Below the pieces are notes generated by a model. The model did no database searches, was not told the origin of the DNA, and worked only from the letters and a program-made list of their open reading frames with translations. Below, piece by piece: positions 24,442-39,434 of a DNA stretch of 64,000 nt (position 1 is its first letter; each line of letters opens with the position of its first letter). Both the position numbers and the translations under genes were made by a program. Source of the stretch: Dimorphilus gyrociliatus (taxonomy: Eukaryota > Animalia > Annelida); the NCBI GenBank assembly GCA_904063045.1, contig CAJFCJ010000017.1:310001-374000 (forward strand), written 5' to 3'.

Positions 24442-24868
24442 TTTATTGGTAATTAAAGATGAGCCTTCAAGCTGACTAATCAGACTTATGTTTGGCCAAT
24501 GTTATAGCATTTTCTTGCGTAAGTTTTAAGATGTACATGTATAAGTTGCATCAAATAATAGAGTTCAAGCATGTAAACTATAACCAAAGTTGTACACCAT
24601 GTTTTGAAATATCACAGTAGAGTTTTTTTTCGTACTATTGTATATACGAAGGTATTTGTTACTTAAGAAATACGCATGATATTAGTATTTATTAAGCCTA
24701 TTTTTTAAAGCCTATTAAATTAGAATCATTCAATGAGGTTCAATACTTTATTTAAAGATAATATTTCTTACGTTTGAACATTTAAAAGCAACATAAGAGT
24801 CTATTTATGCCTATTGCAAAAGGTATATAAAAATTGTACACAAGTGATGCAGTTGAAATAGTTTTTCT

Positions 24869-27800
24869 TTAAAATTTTAAAAAATTCAAGTTATTCCTCA
24901 TTTTGATAAAGTATACAATGCCAATTATCATACAGATTATGACAAGTGAACAACCAAGGCCTATTAAAACGAAAGTTACTGTCTTTTTAGAACTATTATC
25001 ATTGGTAGTCCCTAGAAAAGAGTTTGTAAAGTTTTCGTAGACTGTCGTTTCAAATGAATATTGCGTTGTTTGAGCAATATTTTCACCATTTTGAGTTACT
25101 TTTCTCGAATGATGATCGAAGAATGGAGAAGTTTGTGTATTTAATAATTCAGTAGATATTTTAGGTAGTTTGGTCGTCATTTCTCTAGTAGTTTTAGCAG
25201 TCGTTTCAACAGTTGTTTCAACAGTTGTGACAACAGTTGTAAGAATAGGATAAATATGATTTAAACTCTGCGATAATACATCAACACTAAACGTTACAGT
25301 TGATATGCAATTTTTGTCTGATTTGTCCAGAATTGTTAGTTTTAATTTATATTTACCAATTTGCAGTGGATATTTTGCAGTAATAATATTTGTTGAATTG
25401 ATAACAAAGCTATCAGATGATTGGCTATTTAATTCTGTTAATTTTTTAATTATATCAGATTCTGAAAGAACGTCTTCTTTATTTGTAAAATACTTTATAG
25501 GTGTTAATATTGTTCCCATTGAAGTATTGTAACCTATTTTTAAGATTCTATTCTCCTCAGGTATCCTAATTCGTGGACATTGTTTTATTTGCAAAACAGT
25601 CAATTTCAATTTTGCAATTGATTGTTGATTGTATAAATTTCTATCAGCAACAAGTAAAGTAACATCATATATACCAGGAGATAATTTTGCAGTTGTTCTT
25701 AAAACGCCATCTTTACTGTTAATTGCTATTGGAATTTTCGTATCAAATATGGAAAAATAGACAGATTTTCTTATATCAGGAGAATTTAAATTCAATTTTA
25801 ACAAATAACTACCAGTTTTCAAATATTCACTAACAACTATTGTATAATTACTGTTAATAAATTGTGGAGTTATTGTATCATTTTTAATCGGTATTGAGCA
25901 ATTTGAACCGGTAAATCCCTTTTCGCAGACACAAGTTTCCCTATCTAGACATCGACCGTTAATCTTGCAATTATTAGCATCTATACAGTTTACTTGATTG
26001 CATAATGCGCCAAACCAATATTTATCGCATGTACATTGATTAAAAAATGTACATTGGCCGTGTCCTGAACAATAATTAAGGGATTCACAAGAAAATTCTT
26101 TGCAATTATTGCCCTTGAAACCTTGTCGACATTGACAGTTGCTTGGACCAACGCAAACTCCATTAGTTTCGCAACCAACTGCGCAGATTGCTCTGCTACA
26201 ATCAAATCTGTCATATCCATAATCGCATATACATCTATCTAAATTCTTATCACAGATACCGTGGCCATTGCAGTTGTTTGCTAATGGACATTCAATTCGT
26301 TCACTACAATCCGATCCTGTGTATCCATTAAAGCATGAACACACTCCAGGATACTTACATAGTCCATTACCAGAGCATTGATTCTTGCAAACAGGTACTG
26401 AGCATGATTGCCCTTCCCATCCAAGAGAGCACAAACAATTATCATAGCCTATACACAAACCATTTCCTGAACACCAATTTCTGCTTTCACAGCTAAAGCT
26501 TGAACAGGTCGTGCCATTATAGCCTAAATTACATTCGCAGACCTCGTCGTCAATACAAATTCCTCGATTTGAACACTGATTGGAGCATTTTGATTTTCTA
26601 GAGCATGAAGAAGATGTCCATCCAGGATTACATTTACATTTATTTGAACCAACGCAAACTCCTCTAGGCGAACATTCTTCGTCGCAAACTGCTTTTCTCT
26701 CGCAATTGGAACCTTCATATCCATCGAAACAAATACAAAATCCTGCTGAACAATATCCATTTATACAATTTTCGCAATTGCCAATTTCACACGAATCACC
26801 AGACCATCCATCCAAACAAGAACATTTACGGTTGAAACAAATACCATGGAAGGAACATTCATTAGAACATTGTCTCAACTGAAGATGAAATTGATGACTT
26901 AACGATAGATCCTTTGAAAATAGAACGTCAAATACGCAGTTTGTTTTTTCTTCACCTTTCAAATTTTCCTCAGCGCATTCTCTAGCCGCTGAATTTTTTT
27001 CAGAATTAGAAAATTGATCTAACGAGTATATAGGCTTAAAATTTGGATCTGTATATGATTGATCCATTAAATCATCTTTATGAAAGTTAGACTTGTAATC
27101 CGACCAGCTTTTGGATAAACCTCCATCAGATCTTTTGACATTATTCATTCTCCATGAATTTCCGAATTCTTCCGATGTTTCGTAAACTGTATCATCAGGA
27201 CCAGTAAAATCATCATTAAGATTATTATTCATTAGACCGCAGAGGCCGGAAGTCATGTTGAACATGGATTTTGAAGGTACTAAAGCAAAGCTCAAATATT
27301 GCCTTTTCATAACAGGACTATACGATACAGCAACAGAGAGGAATGCACCATTTACGTAATCTATTGAAAAGATTAGCAAGGTAGTTTCATCACTGTTACT
27401 ATCAGTTTGAGGATTAAAAATAGTTAATTTAACTCTGCCAGAATCGAACGATCTCTTAGACATTCCTGTTAGATTTTTAACAATCGATCCATCTATTCTT
27501 ATCAAAGGTAGATCGCTTTTTTCAACGTTTACTCTTGTACTGATTGTAAGAATTGATGAGTGACCTAATTTTATACTGCTAGCACCAATGAAAGATGTTC
27601 CTTTGTAGCCATAAAATCGGAATTGATAAGCCAGCGTATCCGATCTACATCCCCAATATTGTCCTATACCGAAATAATTAAACTTTCGTCCATCTAACGT
27701 CTCCAGATGGGGATCTCCCCACATTTTTCTAAAAACTTTGTTCTCGCAAGCTAATCCCGTAAAGCCAGGGTAGCAAGTACATTTTGAATTGCACTTGGCG

Positions 27801-30800
27801 GTTGCCGTACACATTCCGTTGCCGTTACAATTTCTTTCTGGTAGGCAGACGGGTTGATCGCAATTAGACCCACTTCTATATGTTGTACAAACGCCATTCA
27901 CGCCGCATAATTGATTACATAAGCAAGATCCATCAGATCTTATTTTAGGTGCTTCTCCATTCGGACATTTTGGACAAGGCGAACATCTACAACCGTCTGG
28001 TCCAAAACTTGAAACAGTTCCATCCTTACACCTACACGGACACTCAAATACAGGATTATCAACAGGTTTTGCCGATCCATCAGAGCAGCACGAACAGGAA
28101 TCGTGAGGTAACATCCAACTAGAAGCTTTCTTACCAGTATCGCAAGTGCAAGGACACAAACATAGCTTTAATTTAGTGTTAAACCATCCAAGAGTTGATT
28201 TTCCGCCACTAATACACGAACAGCATTTCCCTTCAACAACGTCTCCTTCCCCGGAAGATTTACATGTACTATTTAAAAGATTATCGATATTTAATCCATT
28301 TCTAATAATAATCTTATTATTACCTTGCTAATCTCAAGAGATTACCATTCATATTATATTTCATTGATTCTCTACTTTCCATAAATTTCATATTTCCTTC
28401 GATGAAATCGTTTTTAACTGCAAGAACTGAAGAGAGAATTTGCATTAGTAAAAACTATTAGTAATAGAAACAACGTAATCTATACCGGCTGAAATTGCTT
28501 TCTTATCATCCTTGCAGATATTTCCATTGCAGTATCCATAAGTAGATGTTATTTTGTGATTAATATCTACATCAACTTCCGTTTCAAAACCGGAAGAAGA
28601 AGCATTCGACGATGTTTTAAAATCTAATTAAAGATATTCATAAAAACAAATACCGTACAAATGCAATACTCACTTTTCAATTTGCTCTTTAAACTGTCCA
28701 AGTTAGTGTTTCTTTCCAATTTATTATTAGTATTTGTACGTAACTTTAATTGTTTATAAACCTTAAAATCAGGCCATTTAATTGTTGACATAGTAGCAAT
28801 ATTCAAGTCAAATTGTCCAGTTGTTAACCAGTCTCCATCAATAGATGATAAACTTTGATTATATAAATTTCCGTAGCCGGATATTTCGCGTTTCTTATCT
28901 TTCGAATATTTAGTTTCAACGTAATAATCCGAATAGAAGTTTGTTTGTAAATTCAAGTTTGTTTTCCCGCCAAAAAATGTTTTGCTAGGTTTAACAAGTA
29001 CTTTGCCAGTTTTTATTGTACCTGGTATAGATATTCCGGAGATTTCAACGAAGAATGGAATTTCCTTTTCAATTCCTCGAACCACAGTATAATTTTGAAA
29101 TTGATCTATCTTATCTGTACTTTCAGAGTAAACTATCGAAAACTGAGTATTATATTTCACTAATCCATTAGATATTATATTGAAACTTTCAAGTGATGAG
29201 TCATAAGGTGATAGTTTCAATTCAAAAGCAATAGAATTTAGTAATGTAACGCTTCCTTGAATATTCAAAACATAATCTTCCTTCTATAAAAAAAAAACAC
29301 ATCATGAATATTAATGAACTGTTTAAAAAATTAATACTTACATTTATGTTATCTTTCAATTCAAATTTATTTTCTATTGTATTCTCTGAAGATTCTTTAA
29401 AAGGATTATTTAACGGTATCTTCTTAAGATTATTTAAATCTTGGACGGTAATCTCATCCATATTTGGTGAAATTGTAAACAAATCAATAACTTCAATTAA
29501 ATTCCAATTGTTTGTAAGTTTTTTACTATTAAGAACAACTCCAACAGATACTGCGGATTCTCTCCCAAATAGGAAATCCCCTTTATTGAACTTCCTACTA
29601 AACTTGTTCCTATCCATATAATAAAGACGATTTAACGTCTTATGATAATCGCAATTTAGATCTGACGATATAGTCGATATATTATTAAAAGCCAGAGTTT
29701 GATTTTCGTTGAAATCGTATAGAGAACAATCGATAATTTCGGTTTCAATAAAAACATCGGAATTGGTGTATTTAAAACTTTTTATCTCTTCTAAGAATCC
29801 ATTTGGTCCTCGATAAACCAATATATCGCTTTTACTTGAACCATCGAATTTCGTGATAAAATAATAGGACCATACTACCTTATCTTTGTAGTTGTATCTT
29901 TGACCTGAACATTTTATTACATTTTCGTTACCAAGATCAAGAAATAATAGACTAGAATCGTAAAATTTCTTCAAAGTTTTATCATTTTCTGGATAATCAA
30001 TGAATCTTGAAGAAATTATAGATTTAAAGGTGACGTTTACGCCAAAGTGACCATACTTTAATATCTGATCAACTGTCACCCACTTCCCAAGTATTATAGA
30101 GTAGTTTGCAGCAGAATACCACTCTTCTTCAACTTTGTGCATTACAGAAGATTTGGAGCTATATAGTATGCTTCCTAAAGGAAACAACTGATAATCTGTA
30201 TCGGGTATAATCAAAACTTGATATCTATCGTCATTTTCCCATAAAGCGTCAAAGGATGACGTACAACGATAGACGATTTTTGAATCTGATATGTTTTCAA
30301 CATTATCTTCAAGTTCTAACGAATTAAGCCTGTTTTCGGTATAAAGATTAGGGCTTACAGTTCCATCCCTACAGGTCTTTTCATTCCATATTTTACAATT
30401 ATTGCCAGAAGTTTTATAACACATTTCTAAATCTTTGCATTGTTCGCAAAGTCCCGTTGTAGAATCTTCATTCGCACTATTGCAGAATTGTTCCACGCAC
30501 CCTATATTTCGAATTTCTGCCGAACATGCTGACGTCGTCGAAACGGATATACAATTCCAATAAAACCAATTTTCACAAGAGCTTTCAGATCTTATGGCAT
30601 TTCCAGGTTGGCAAGTTTGCGTAGAATCACACCATCCACATCCCTCGTTGTTTGTGCATTGGTAGCATGATGTGTATCTCGGACATTTGGAAGAACCGCA
30701 ATTTGATCCATACCAATTTGGATCACATAAGCATTTATTTGGTCCAATACAAATTCCTCTTTGCGAACATTCCGAAATATCTTTACAGTCAAATTGGGAA

Positions 30801-33800
30801 CAAAACTCTCCTGTCCAGCCATCATTACAAACGCAACTTCCCCCAACGCATTTACCTCTACTAAAGCAATTAAATGGACAATAGGTAACAAATGGCAGAG
30901 TACATATCCAAGGTTTTAGTAGATCACCATTAACTGAAATATCATCAGTAGTAGTCCATATCTCGGTCATTTTGACATTACCAGTTAAATCCCGATATTT
31001 TAATACATCTTGAAGAGCTTCAGTAGTATCTAAAGTTGTTTGATTTATTAAGAAACCATCGTGATTTAGACACCAATTGAGTCCTTTATCAAAAGTTCCC
31101 ACACCCGAATAAAAGTAATAACAAGAGTTCTTTATTAAAAACCATCCGGTAGGACATCCAATAATTCCTGGTGAAGTAGGTGGTGGTTCGTTAAGAATTG
31201 GTTCAATTGTTATATTGTCCAAACCTAGAGGTTTTTGTATACTTATTATCCTTTTATAGATTTCTTCCAATTTCGTAGAACCCCACCAATTCTTTTGGAA
31301 ATTATAGAGAGAAGAAGATTTAACAGTACTATGTAATTCATATGGCAAAAGTGGATTATTGAATATATTATTCTGAACATCAGTATTAGAGCTTTCAACT
31401 TTAATTGCTATAGGTTGACTAAAAGATGAAGTATTCTTATTAAATATATAAGTACAATCTCTCATCTTGATGGTACTAATGCTCTGTATTAAAATGATAT
31501 TATCCTCCACGTTATTTTCGTAAAAGAAGTTATTTTTCATATCTACAGCCATATTGCTTGTTATATTAATAAAGTTCTTGTTGCACTGACTATGCGTAAC
31601 CGATAATCTTTCTATATTGGCTAACACCTTACGATTTCCCATATTCGTTGCTGTCAGTACGGTGGAGTTGCCTAGATAAGATACTGAATTCTGAGTAAAT
31701 GTTAAATAGGAATTGCCGTAGTTTGAATTAGAATTGAAAATGATTCGAGCAACAATAGAGTTCTTTAGATTATGAATATTCAAATTTTTTATCAAGATTT
31801 TACCATTCTCAATCTCCATATTAATTAATCTTTTAGCTGACAGGAGAGGTTGAGAGAAATCATTTCTCTCTATTGAAAATTGTTGATTACCCTCCAAAGA
31901 ATTTCCAAATATATCAATACAATCGGCCAAACAATTTTGAAAGTAATTACTATGAACTTGAAGACTAACATCATCATCTTTTCTATCGCACCTGTTAAAA
32001 GTTGTCTGATCAATTCCAGTAAACGATTCGCAATAATCCATAAAATGGTTCTTTATTATAATACGAAATCGTTTCTTTCTTAAATGCCAGACAGATATTT
32101 TATAAAATGTCCAATCTTCTTTTAACCTAATTGTTTTCAATAGTTCGTATTTGTTTCCTATTTCTGCGAATACTTCTAATTTTTGACCTTTATACGTTAC
32201 TGGAAATTTTTCGTAGGCAAAAAATTCAAATGAGCATATGTTATCTTCCGCCTCTATCCAATCACTTTTTATTAATCCTATAGCTCCGTATTGTAAATTT
32301 CTATAACAATACTGCCTATTTTGAGATTTTGGTCTGTTATGAAACATAAGATAATGACCTAATTGCGTTAATTGATTATCTAGGTCATTTTTAAGATTAT
32401 TCCCAAAATCTTTTGGAGATTTACGTTCAATGAAAATTGTTGATTGTTTGCTATTCTTTTCAATAGCATTTTCCCAGCCACAAGACGATTTTTCGAATGT
32501 ACATAGTTTGGTTAAATCTTTCGCTGGCATAACAAGTAGGTCAGTGTAATACCTGCCTTGTCTGATTATTTCTATTCGTATCTTTCTTTTAAAAGAGCGA
32601 AATACAAACGCTTTAGATATTACCTTTTCTTCTAACAATATATCATCATTATCGGCATCGAAGACAGAAATACTAGCGTAATCGCAGTACCAATTTATAC
32701 AAGAACCTCTTAGTTCAATAAAATATCCTTCGGGAGCCTCAAAAACTTTAGAACATCCGGCGTGACTATATGAAGTATACCAAGTGGCATTTGTCCATAA
32801 AGCAGCTTCGTTCTCTTCAAATCTATGTACAGATTCAGCTGAACAGAAATATAAAAGAGACCAGTTACTAACTACAGGAGCAGTAAAGGTATTATTCATA
32901 TCTTTCCATCCAATTCCGTTCATGACCCGATTAAATTTCGATTGAGAAACTGTTGCATTCTCATTTCTAACCAATAAAATACCATAATCGTGAATGTTCT
33001 CTATTGTCAGATTATGTAGATGTAAAGTTTTACGTCTGTCGTTCTCGACAAACGTTAAACCCTGTAGTCCAGCGTCAATGATACAATTTTCAAAGGATGG
33101 CGCTACTCCATAAATTGATAGAACTTCCATACCAGAAATACGAACATTTCTAAATGTACTTTGCTTCTTTTGATTATAAAGAATAATTTGATTTGCTTTA
33201 GATCCATAGCAAGTAAATAATCCGTAAGTCGTATACCTGCTATAGCTCTTTATTATTGTACAATCGGATAATTTTTTTGCAGAACCACAATCTAAAACCC
33301 AATCTGTTGATGGACCTTTTGCCTTATAGTACGAAGTCATTTCTAAAGAAAACAAGATAATATTAAAAATACAATTATTTTAATTAGTTGAATGAATATT
33401 CATAATTTACTTGTTTGTCCAGAGTAACAAAGAGATTGGCATAAAAATTTCATTCTATAGACTGATGTCAGTTTTACATAGTACCATTCGTTATTCTCCA
33501 ACACTTGCAAAAATTTATCAAACAGCCTATATTGTTTTCCATTGACTGTTTGGCGAATATGTATTGGATTATTCTCTTCTCCAAGAGCTTGAATACCACT
33601 TTTAAACCAAACTATTGAACACAGTTCAATGTTTATTATAGTTTTGTTTGGTTTTACGATAACGTCGTCTTCAAAAATTGTATTTCCATGGATTTCAATA
33701 GATCCCTGCATAACTCTTGGTTCGTTTATATAGCCACGGAAATATGAATGATTAGATATTTTTACTTGATCTTCAATATCAACAAGAGTCTTCATAGTTG

Positions 33801-36800
33801 AATCTTCAAAGATTGGAGATAAATTTAATCTAGCCAATACTCCATCGTTAAATCCATGATAAACTCTATCATAAGGACTTGAAGAATTCCAAAAATTCTT
33901 TGGAATTTTAAATCGACACGTATCATCATTTCCAAATTGACATAAGATGCCGACGAAGATTTCGTATTCTGTTTTCCAATTGTTAAAAGTATTCTTTTCC
34001 ATATAAGGAATTAAATTTCCCATCAATTTTATTGTATTTAAACCCTTATTAGACTTAATAGTATTACCAATAATATTATAACCAAGATTCTTCCCAGTTG
34101 TCAAAAATTGAAATAGATTAGATCGAATACTCGCTGATGATGTTATAACGTTCGAAGAGAATGTAAATTTCGTATAATGAATTCTAAATAGGAAAGTTGT
34201 CTTCGTACAAGTAATATTATCAAATTTATTTTCTGAAATATGTATCTTTCTCCCAGATATCGACTTATATTTAAGACGGCTAGATATTTGAATCAAAGAT
34301 GACGAAGTGATTGAATGATGTTGAAAAGTATTATTTTTAATTTCCAGCTCTCCATCAACGTATGATAATCTTAAACTTCCAAAGTTTTCTTGAACGTTAT
34401 TATTAATAATCTTCATTTTACCAAATACACTTGATTTAACAAAACCCAAATAAGAACGTTTTGGGCAAAAGACATTATTATTAGCAATTAGAATATCTGT
34501 TAGAAAATCCGTTTGATCGGCATGCATTCCATAAAAGTAGATGTTAACAGGACTAGAGCATCTAATATTATTATCAATAATCCTTAATGAAGCGTGATTA
34601 TGATGAACACCCCTCACTTGAACCTTACTTTCAAATATAGTTCCTCCTTCAATTTCGCATTTCTCAATACTTATACCAAGTGAACTAGGAAGAAATTCGT
34701 TAGCGTGTACAACTTTTTGATATTCACTTCCAATAAACTTTGAATGTTTAACGTTTATAGTTGATTTTTCTCTTAACGATCCTGATACTAATATACAAGA
34801 GCTTGCTTCTTTAACAACTACATCTTCTATAGTTATATCTATCTCTTTATACAATTCACATATGATTGAAGCAGATTGAGTAGGATATGTTAATGATTTT
34901 GAATATTCAAAGTGTGAATTATCCAATTTAAATGTACTTTTCAACGAAATATCTTCATTACTTCCTTCTGTATAGAAGATAGTATTTTTGAATATGAAAT
35001 TATTAAATATACAAAATATAACTGTTTACCTTGTTGGCTAATACTCTTTACAATAATATAATTAACAGAACTAAAGTAATCATGATTCTTCAATTGAAAA
35101 CTTGCAGTATTTCCTTTTATCAAATAGAAATATGTTCCATCATTTACGGTAAGGCCAATAACTTTGTATTGACTGTTCACATTCCCAATGACGTAATTAT
35201 CAGATCCACTTATTGTGTAAACTAGTATCTTTAAATATAGATTGTTATCAGTAGAGAATTTCAATGAGCATAGTTTATTCAATTTTCTATCCAATCTTGT
35301 TTGAATTGCGATATGTTCACCTTCTTTTATATTGTATAAAGATGGATCTGGGCAATTATCATTCACTAGCCTAATATCATCTCTTTCCTTTATATCGTTG
35401 ATATAACTAGCCGTTTTTGATCTATATATCGTTATACCAGCATTAAAGAAAGTAGAATTTCTAACTTCAATATGTTTTCCAGCTTGATATAAATGCGATC
35501 TCTCCTTTCCTTGTGTAATATTCAAATTTTCTAATATTATCTTATCATTTATCCAAGATTGGTGAACAGTTAAACTATATTCCCCTTTAGACTGAAGATA
35601 GATATTTTTAACTTTGTGTTGTAGAAACTCAAAGTATAAACAATATCCTAAAAGGCCGGCGTTTAATATCGAAAGACCTTCGATTGTGCTTGGTTGAGAA
35701 TTTGCGAGAAAACTTAAACCACCCCATGATCTTTTATCGCATGTTATAGATACAAAAAGTTCGCAGGGACCAGTGTCAACTGTACAAAAGTTAAAATCGG
35801 GTTTCGAGCATTCAATAATCGCTCCTATTTTACTTTCATCCTTCTTCCAAACTCTGTACTTATTGTGACTCTTGTAACCGATATATGCACCACTCTGACA
35901 AACGGCATTTAACATGTTCATATCTTCTGTAGATAGTTCTTTTAGTCCATATTTCGGTTCTTTAGGCCGTAGACAGACTTTATAATAAGTCGAGTTGACT
36001 TTAAAAGTTGATACAGAACTCCTGTCGGTGTTAATTCGATCTTGATTAAATTTATTACCTAGCATATTCATTACAACTCCATCTTGTTTTTTTCCCAGAA
36101 TATCTAGCTTACCGTAGACTTCTATCCCAGTATAAGGCCAAGCGATAATTTTCACTCCATCTTCAATAGTAACTTTAGAGCCTCTTTTAATTCTAGTAAT
36201 TGACTTCATCTCGTACGTACCCTTTTTAAGGACTACATCTTCAGAGATATCTCCTCCAAGCTTACCATTCTTATGGAATTTATAGAAATCTTCATTTTTT
36301 AAGATAGTTAACTGCGAATCCATATATCTAGGATTAACTATAATCTTTGAAAACTTATAAAACATGTGATCACCCATTACGCGTTCCCACACATTTAAGT
36401 TACCCCAATAGTTATTGCTCAAATCGTGGATAGCTCCATGAGACATACCTTCGCTAAATTTGAATTCAAACGATACTCTTGGATTGATAAAGGTGTTTTT
36501 ACGTATTTTGAATACAAAACGAGAAGTTATTTTAACAGTTGCATAAACATAATGAGGAAAATTTAATTGCAACTCGCTCTCAATGTAATTATCAACAAAC
36601 TGATTCTTCTCTATTACAGTTCCAAATATACCTTGTGACTTATCGACGTCTATTGTCAAAAGTGAATCCGCCATTGAGCAATTATATACTTTATTATCGC
36701 GTATTATTAATCCAAGACGATAGTCTTCCCTATGAACAATCGTCGCTAATCCACCTTTACAATTTGACATATAATTATCAATTATCTTAATGTTTGTTGA

Positions 36801-38955
36801 TTTTGAAATAGTTAACACATAATTCCCAGCTTCATTCGGTATAAATTGATTTTTTAGAATATAGACTTTAGCTGTTAAGTGAGCGACGTTACCGTCAAAA
36901 TTTAAAACACCTGGGACGTTTCTGAAAACGTTTCTTTCAATTCTTAAATCTATTTCTTTCAAAGTTTTTATCGTCTGTTTTGTAATTTGATTTTCAAACG
37001 TATTATCATAGAAGAATGTCTGAATGATTCCCTTATCGTCGCTAGATCTTGAAAAATGAACGAATGCCGATTCTTCTTCATTAGAAATGAATTTTGAATG
37101 TTCAATAATAAATTGTGAACAGCATCCAAATACTTCTAGACCATTTCTATTATTATTAACTTCGACGTCGCGTAAGTTTGTCAAACCATAAGTATATTTT
37201 AAATTTATACCATTTTCTCTATTGTTCATGCATTTAACATCTTTCATGATAATAGGAAGTTTGAAAAAATCTATATTCAATCCGTGTCTGTTACCGTTGA
37301 ACCTTGAATTTTGTATAAAACTAAAATTTGTTGAGCCTTTAAACGATTCAAGATAGATGAAAAATTCTTGATTCTCTTGAATATCTTTAACGTTTATGTT
37401 AATAAATTCTCCTTTAGTTTGATAATAATCATCGATATCTTTAGAATATTTATTTTCTACGATAGATGGAGAACTATCGTGTTTTCCGTCTCTAATACTA
37501 TAATTAACTTCATTGGAACCAAATACTTTAATTGTAAATAAATGCCCTTGTTCCGCTTTAAATACCTATAAAATAAATTATCAAAGAACATTCTCATTTC
37601 ATATGTAAACTCTTTAAAAAACCTTTCTTTGTGTACCCGAACATTTGGAATCAATAAAAAGAAGAGTTGGATATTTAATAGTAGTTGAAGTACAAATGGA
37701 ACATGACAATTGACAGTAATTTGTCTGAGAAACCGTTGGTCTATCAATGTATGGTGATCTTATAAAGATTCCATCTTTTTCGTTATCTATATAAATGGAA
37801 TTTCTATTATATCAGCTAGTCTATCACTAATAATAGTCTACCTATAGCTTCAATGTTATTTAATTGAAACTTTGTGTCAAAATTAACGAATAGACCAGAA
37901 CCAGAGCCTCTTTTAACCGTTACTGAGTTTAAATTGACCTCTTTCCTCCCTTTATTCTTTGTATCAATAAGAATAGATGGATTTGCATTGATATTACTGG
38001 CTTGAACATACCTATATTGAATAAGGAATATATCAAAACACTATATTACTTATAGAATACAAACTCAAATTTGTTCACATAGGATGCTGTTAGATGTATT
38101 CCAACATTGGTTATAACGTTTGAAATGGAAACGTCACTTATAGTCTCACCAATGATACCTTGGTATAGAGACCATCTGTAGCAGGTTATCTTTAATCTTC
38201 TCGATTCAAACTTTAGTCTTGCTAATAAGGTGATACATTATGATTTATACTGACTCCTTATTATTTCATTTATAATTAAATCTTACTGGAAAATTGACAT
38301 TGATTTGTAGTTTTAGCGTAAGATGAACAAGTAACTGAATAACAACCAGAGTAGAACGATAAACGTGTATAAGTATAGAATTGTTTGTCATAGAACCCCA
38401 AGTCTTGGCAATGAAGCTAAATAAAAAAGAGATAAGATAATGTTTATACTTCAATTAAGTAGTGTTTTTGTTTTGATTAAAACCTTGGCAAATGTTGCAG
38501 GATTACCCGAATACCCACAAATGTTGTAGGTGGCATTATTCTTTGATAGATATTTTGGATAATATTCATATCCTTTTGAACGTTTAATTATTAATTAATA
38601 GTCAAAATTAAACGTCTTTTAAAAGCTTACTTTGAGAATCCTGATAATCTATTGTCCATATATAGTTTTTACTTACAAATGGTGGTTTTTTGTGTTTCGT
38701 TAATATATGTATAGGCTTATCAACATCTCCAGCCAATTTTATTGACCCATATTTGACAAATAGTTTACTGGTATCACTGTTAAAAGTAATATTCGACCCT
38801 GCCTTTACAGTCAGAGATGAAACTGTCTTACTTCCGCTTATCACATAATTTCCTTCATTTATCACTAAATCTTGAAAGGTATAAGCATTTCTAATTATGC
38901 TACTTTCTAATAGAACAAAAATTATCCATTTTAGTAACTTAATAAATGAAATCAT
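24869..38955 (-). CDS. Giant mosaic type-I membrane protein D, full-length divergent paralog of gene A; est. ~4,400-4,500 aa
   Basis: ATG 38955 with hydrophobic leader MISFIKLLKWIIFVLLESS. Track ORFs 38608-38955, 34941-37280, 33400-34944, 29222-33355, 28624-29268 and 24869-28159 plus small exons join in phase. Same domain order as A (MAM CTFEKSSCGW, vWD WGDPHLETLDG, 10 EGF, cadherin-like, TM VTFVLIGLGCSLVIICMIIGIVYFI). Confidence 0.85.
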
Positions 38956-39024
38956 TATAAAAAATGCCGATTATAGCAAAATCTATCAAGAATGTCTCTT
39001 TGTGTGTAAAATAACATTTATACT

Positions 39025-39035
39025 ACGCATGCGCA
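39025..39035. promoter_or_regulatory. NRF1-like GCGCATGCG motif ~70 bp upstream of gene D
   Basis: acgcatgcgca in an otherwise very AT-rich intergenic region; function not testable from sequence. Confidence 0.3.
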
Positions 39036-39266
39036 TAAAGGTATATTACCCGCCACAATTATAAATATTTCCTTCAACTAGAGAGAACATTTTAGTTATT
39101 TAATACTACTACAATATTAATACGAAAATAGCGAATAAACAATATACTCTTTCGCTAATAGTTTGTTCTAAATTTTAATAATGTTTATTCTCTCAGTTAC
39201 CATAGCAATATTCTATGTTTACAATAAATAATCTTAGTTTATTGTTATATGTATATACTTTTTATA

Positions 39267-39271
<5 letters not shown>

Positions 39272-39308
<37 letters not shown>
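39272..39308. repeat. (TA)n microsatellite
   Basis: Uninterrupted TA run. Confidence 0.95.
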
Positions 39309-39311
<3 letters not shown>

Positions 39312-39434
39312 GAATTTAACGTATAAAAGTGCTGACAAAGTAAATTTATGACACAAAGAAATTTTTTTTGTTGACTATAGCTTTTTTTTTTGTTTTTTTA
39401 AAAAAAAAATTGTCAGCAGGAAAAGAAAAAACTA

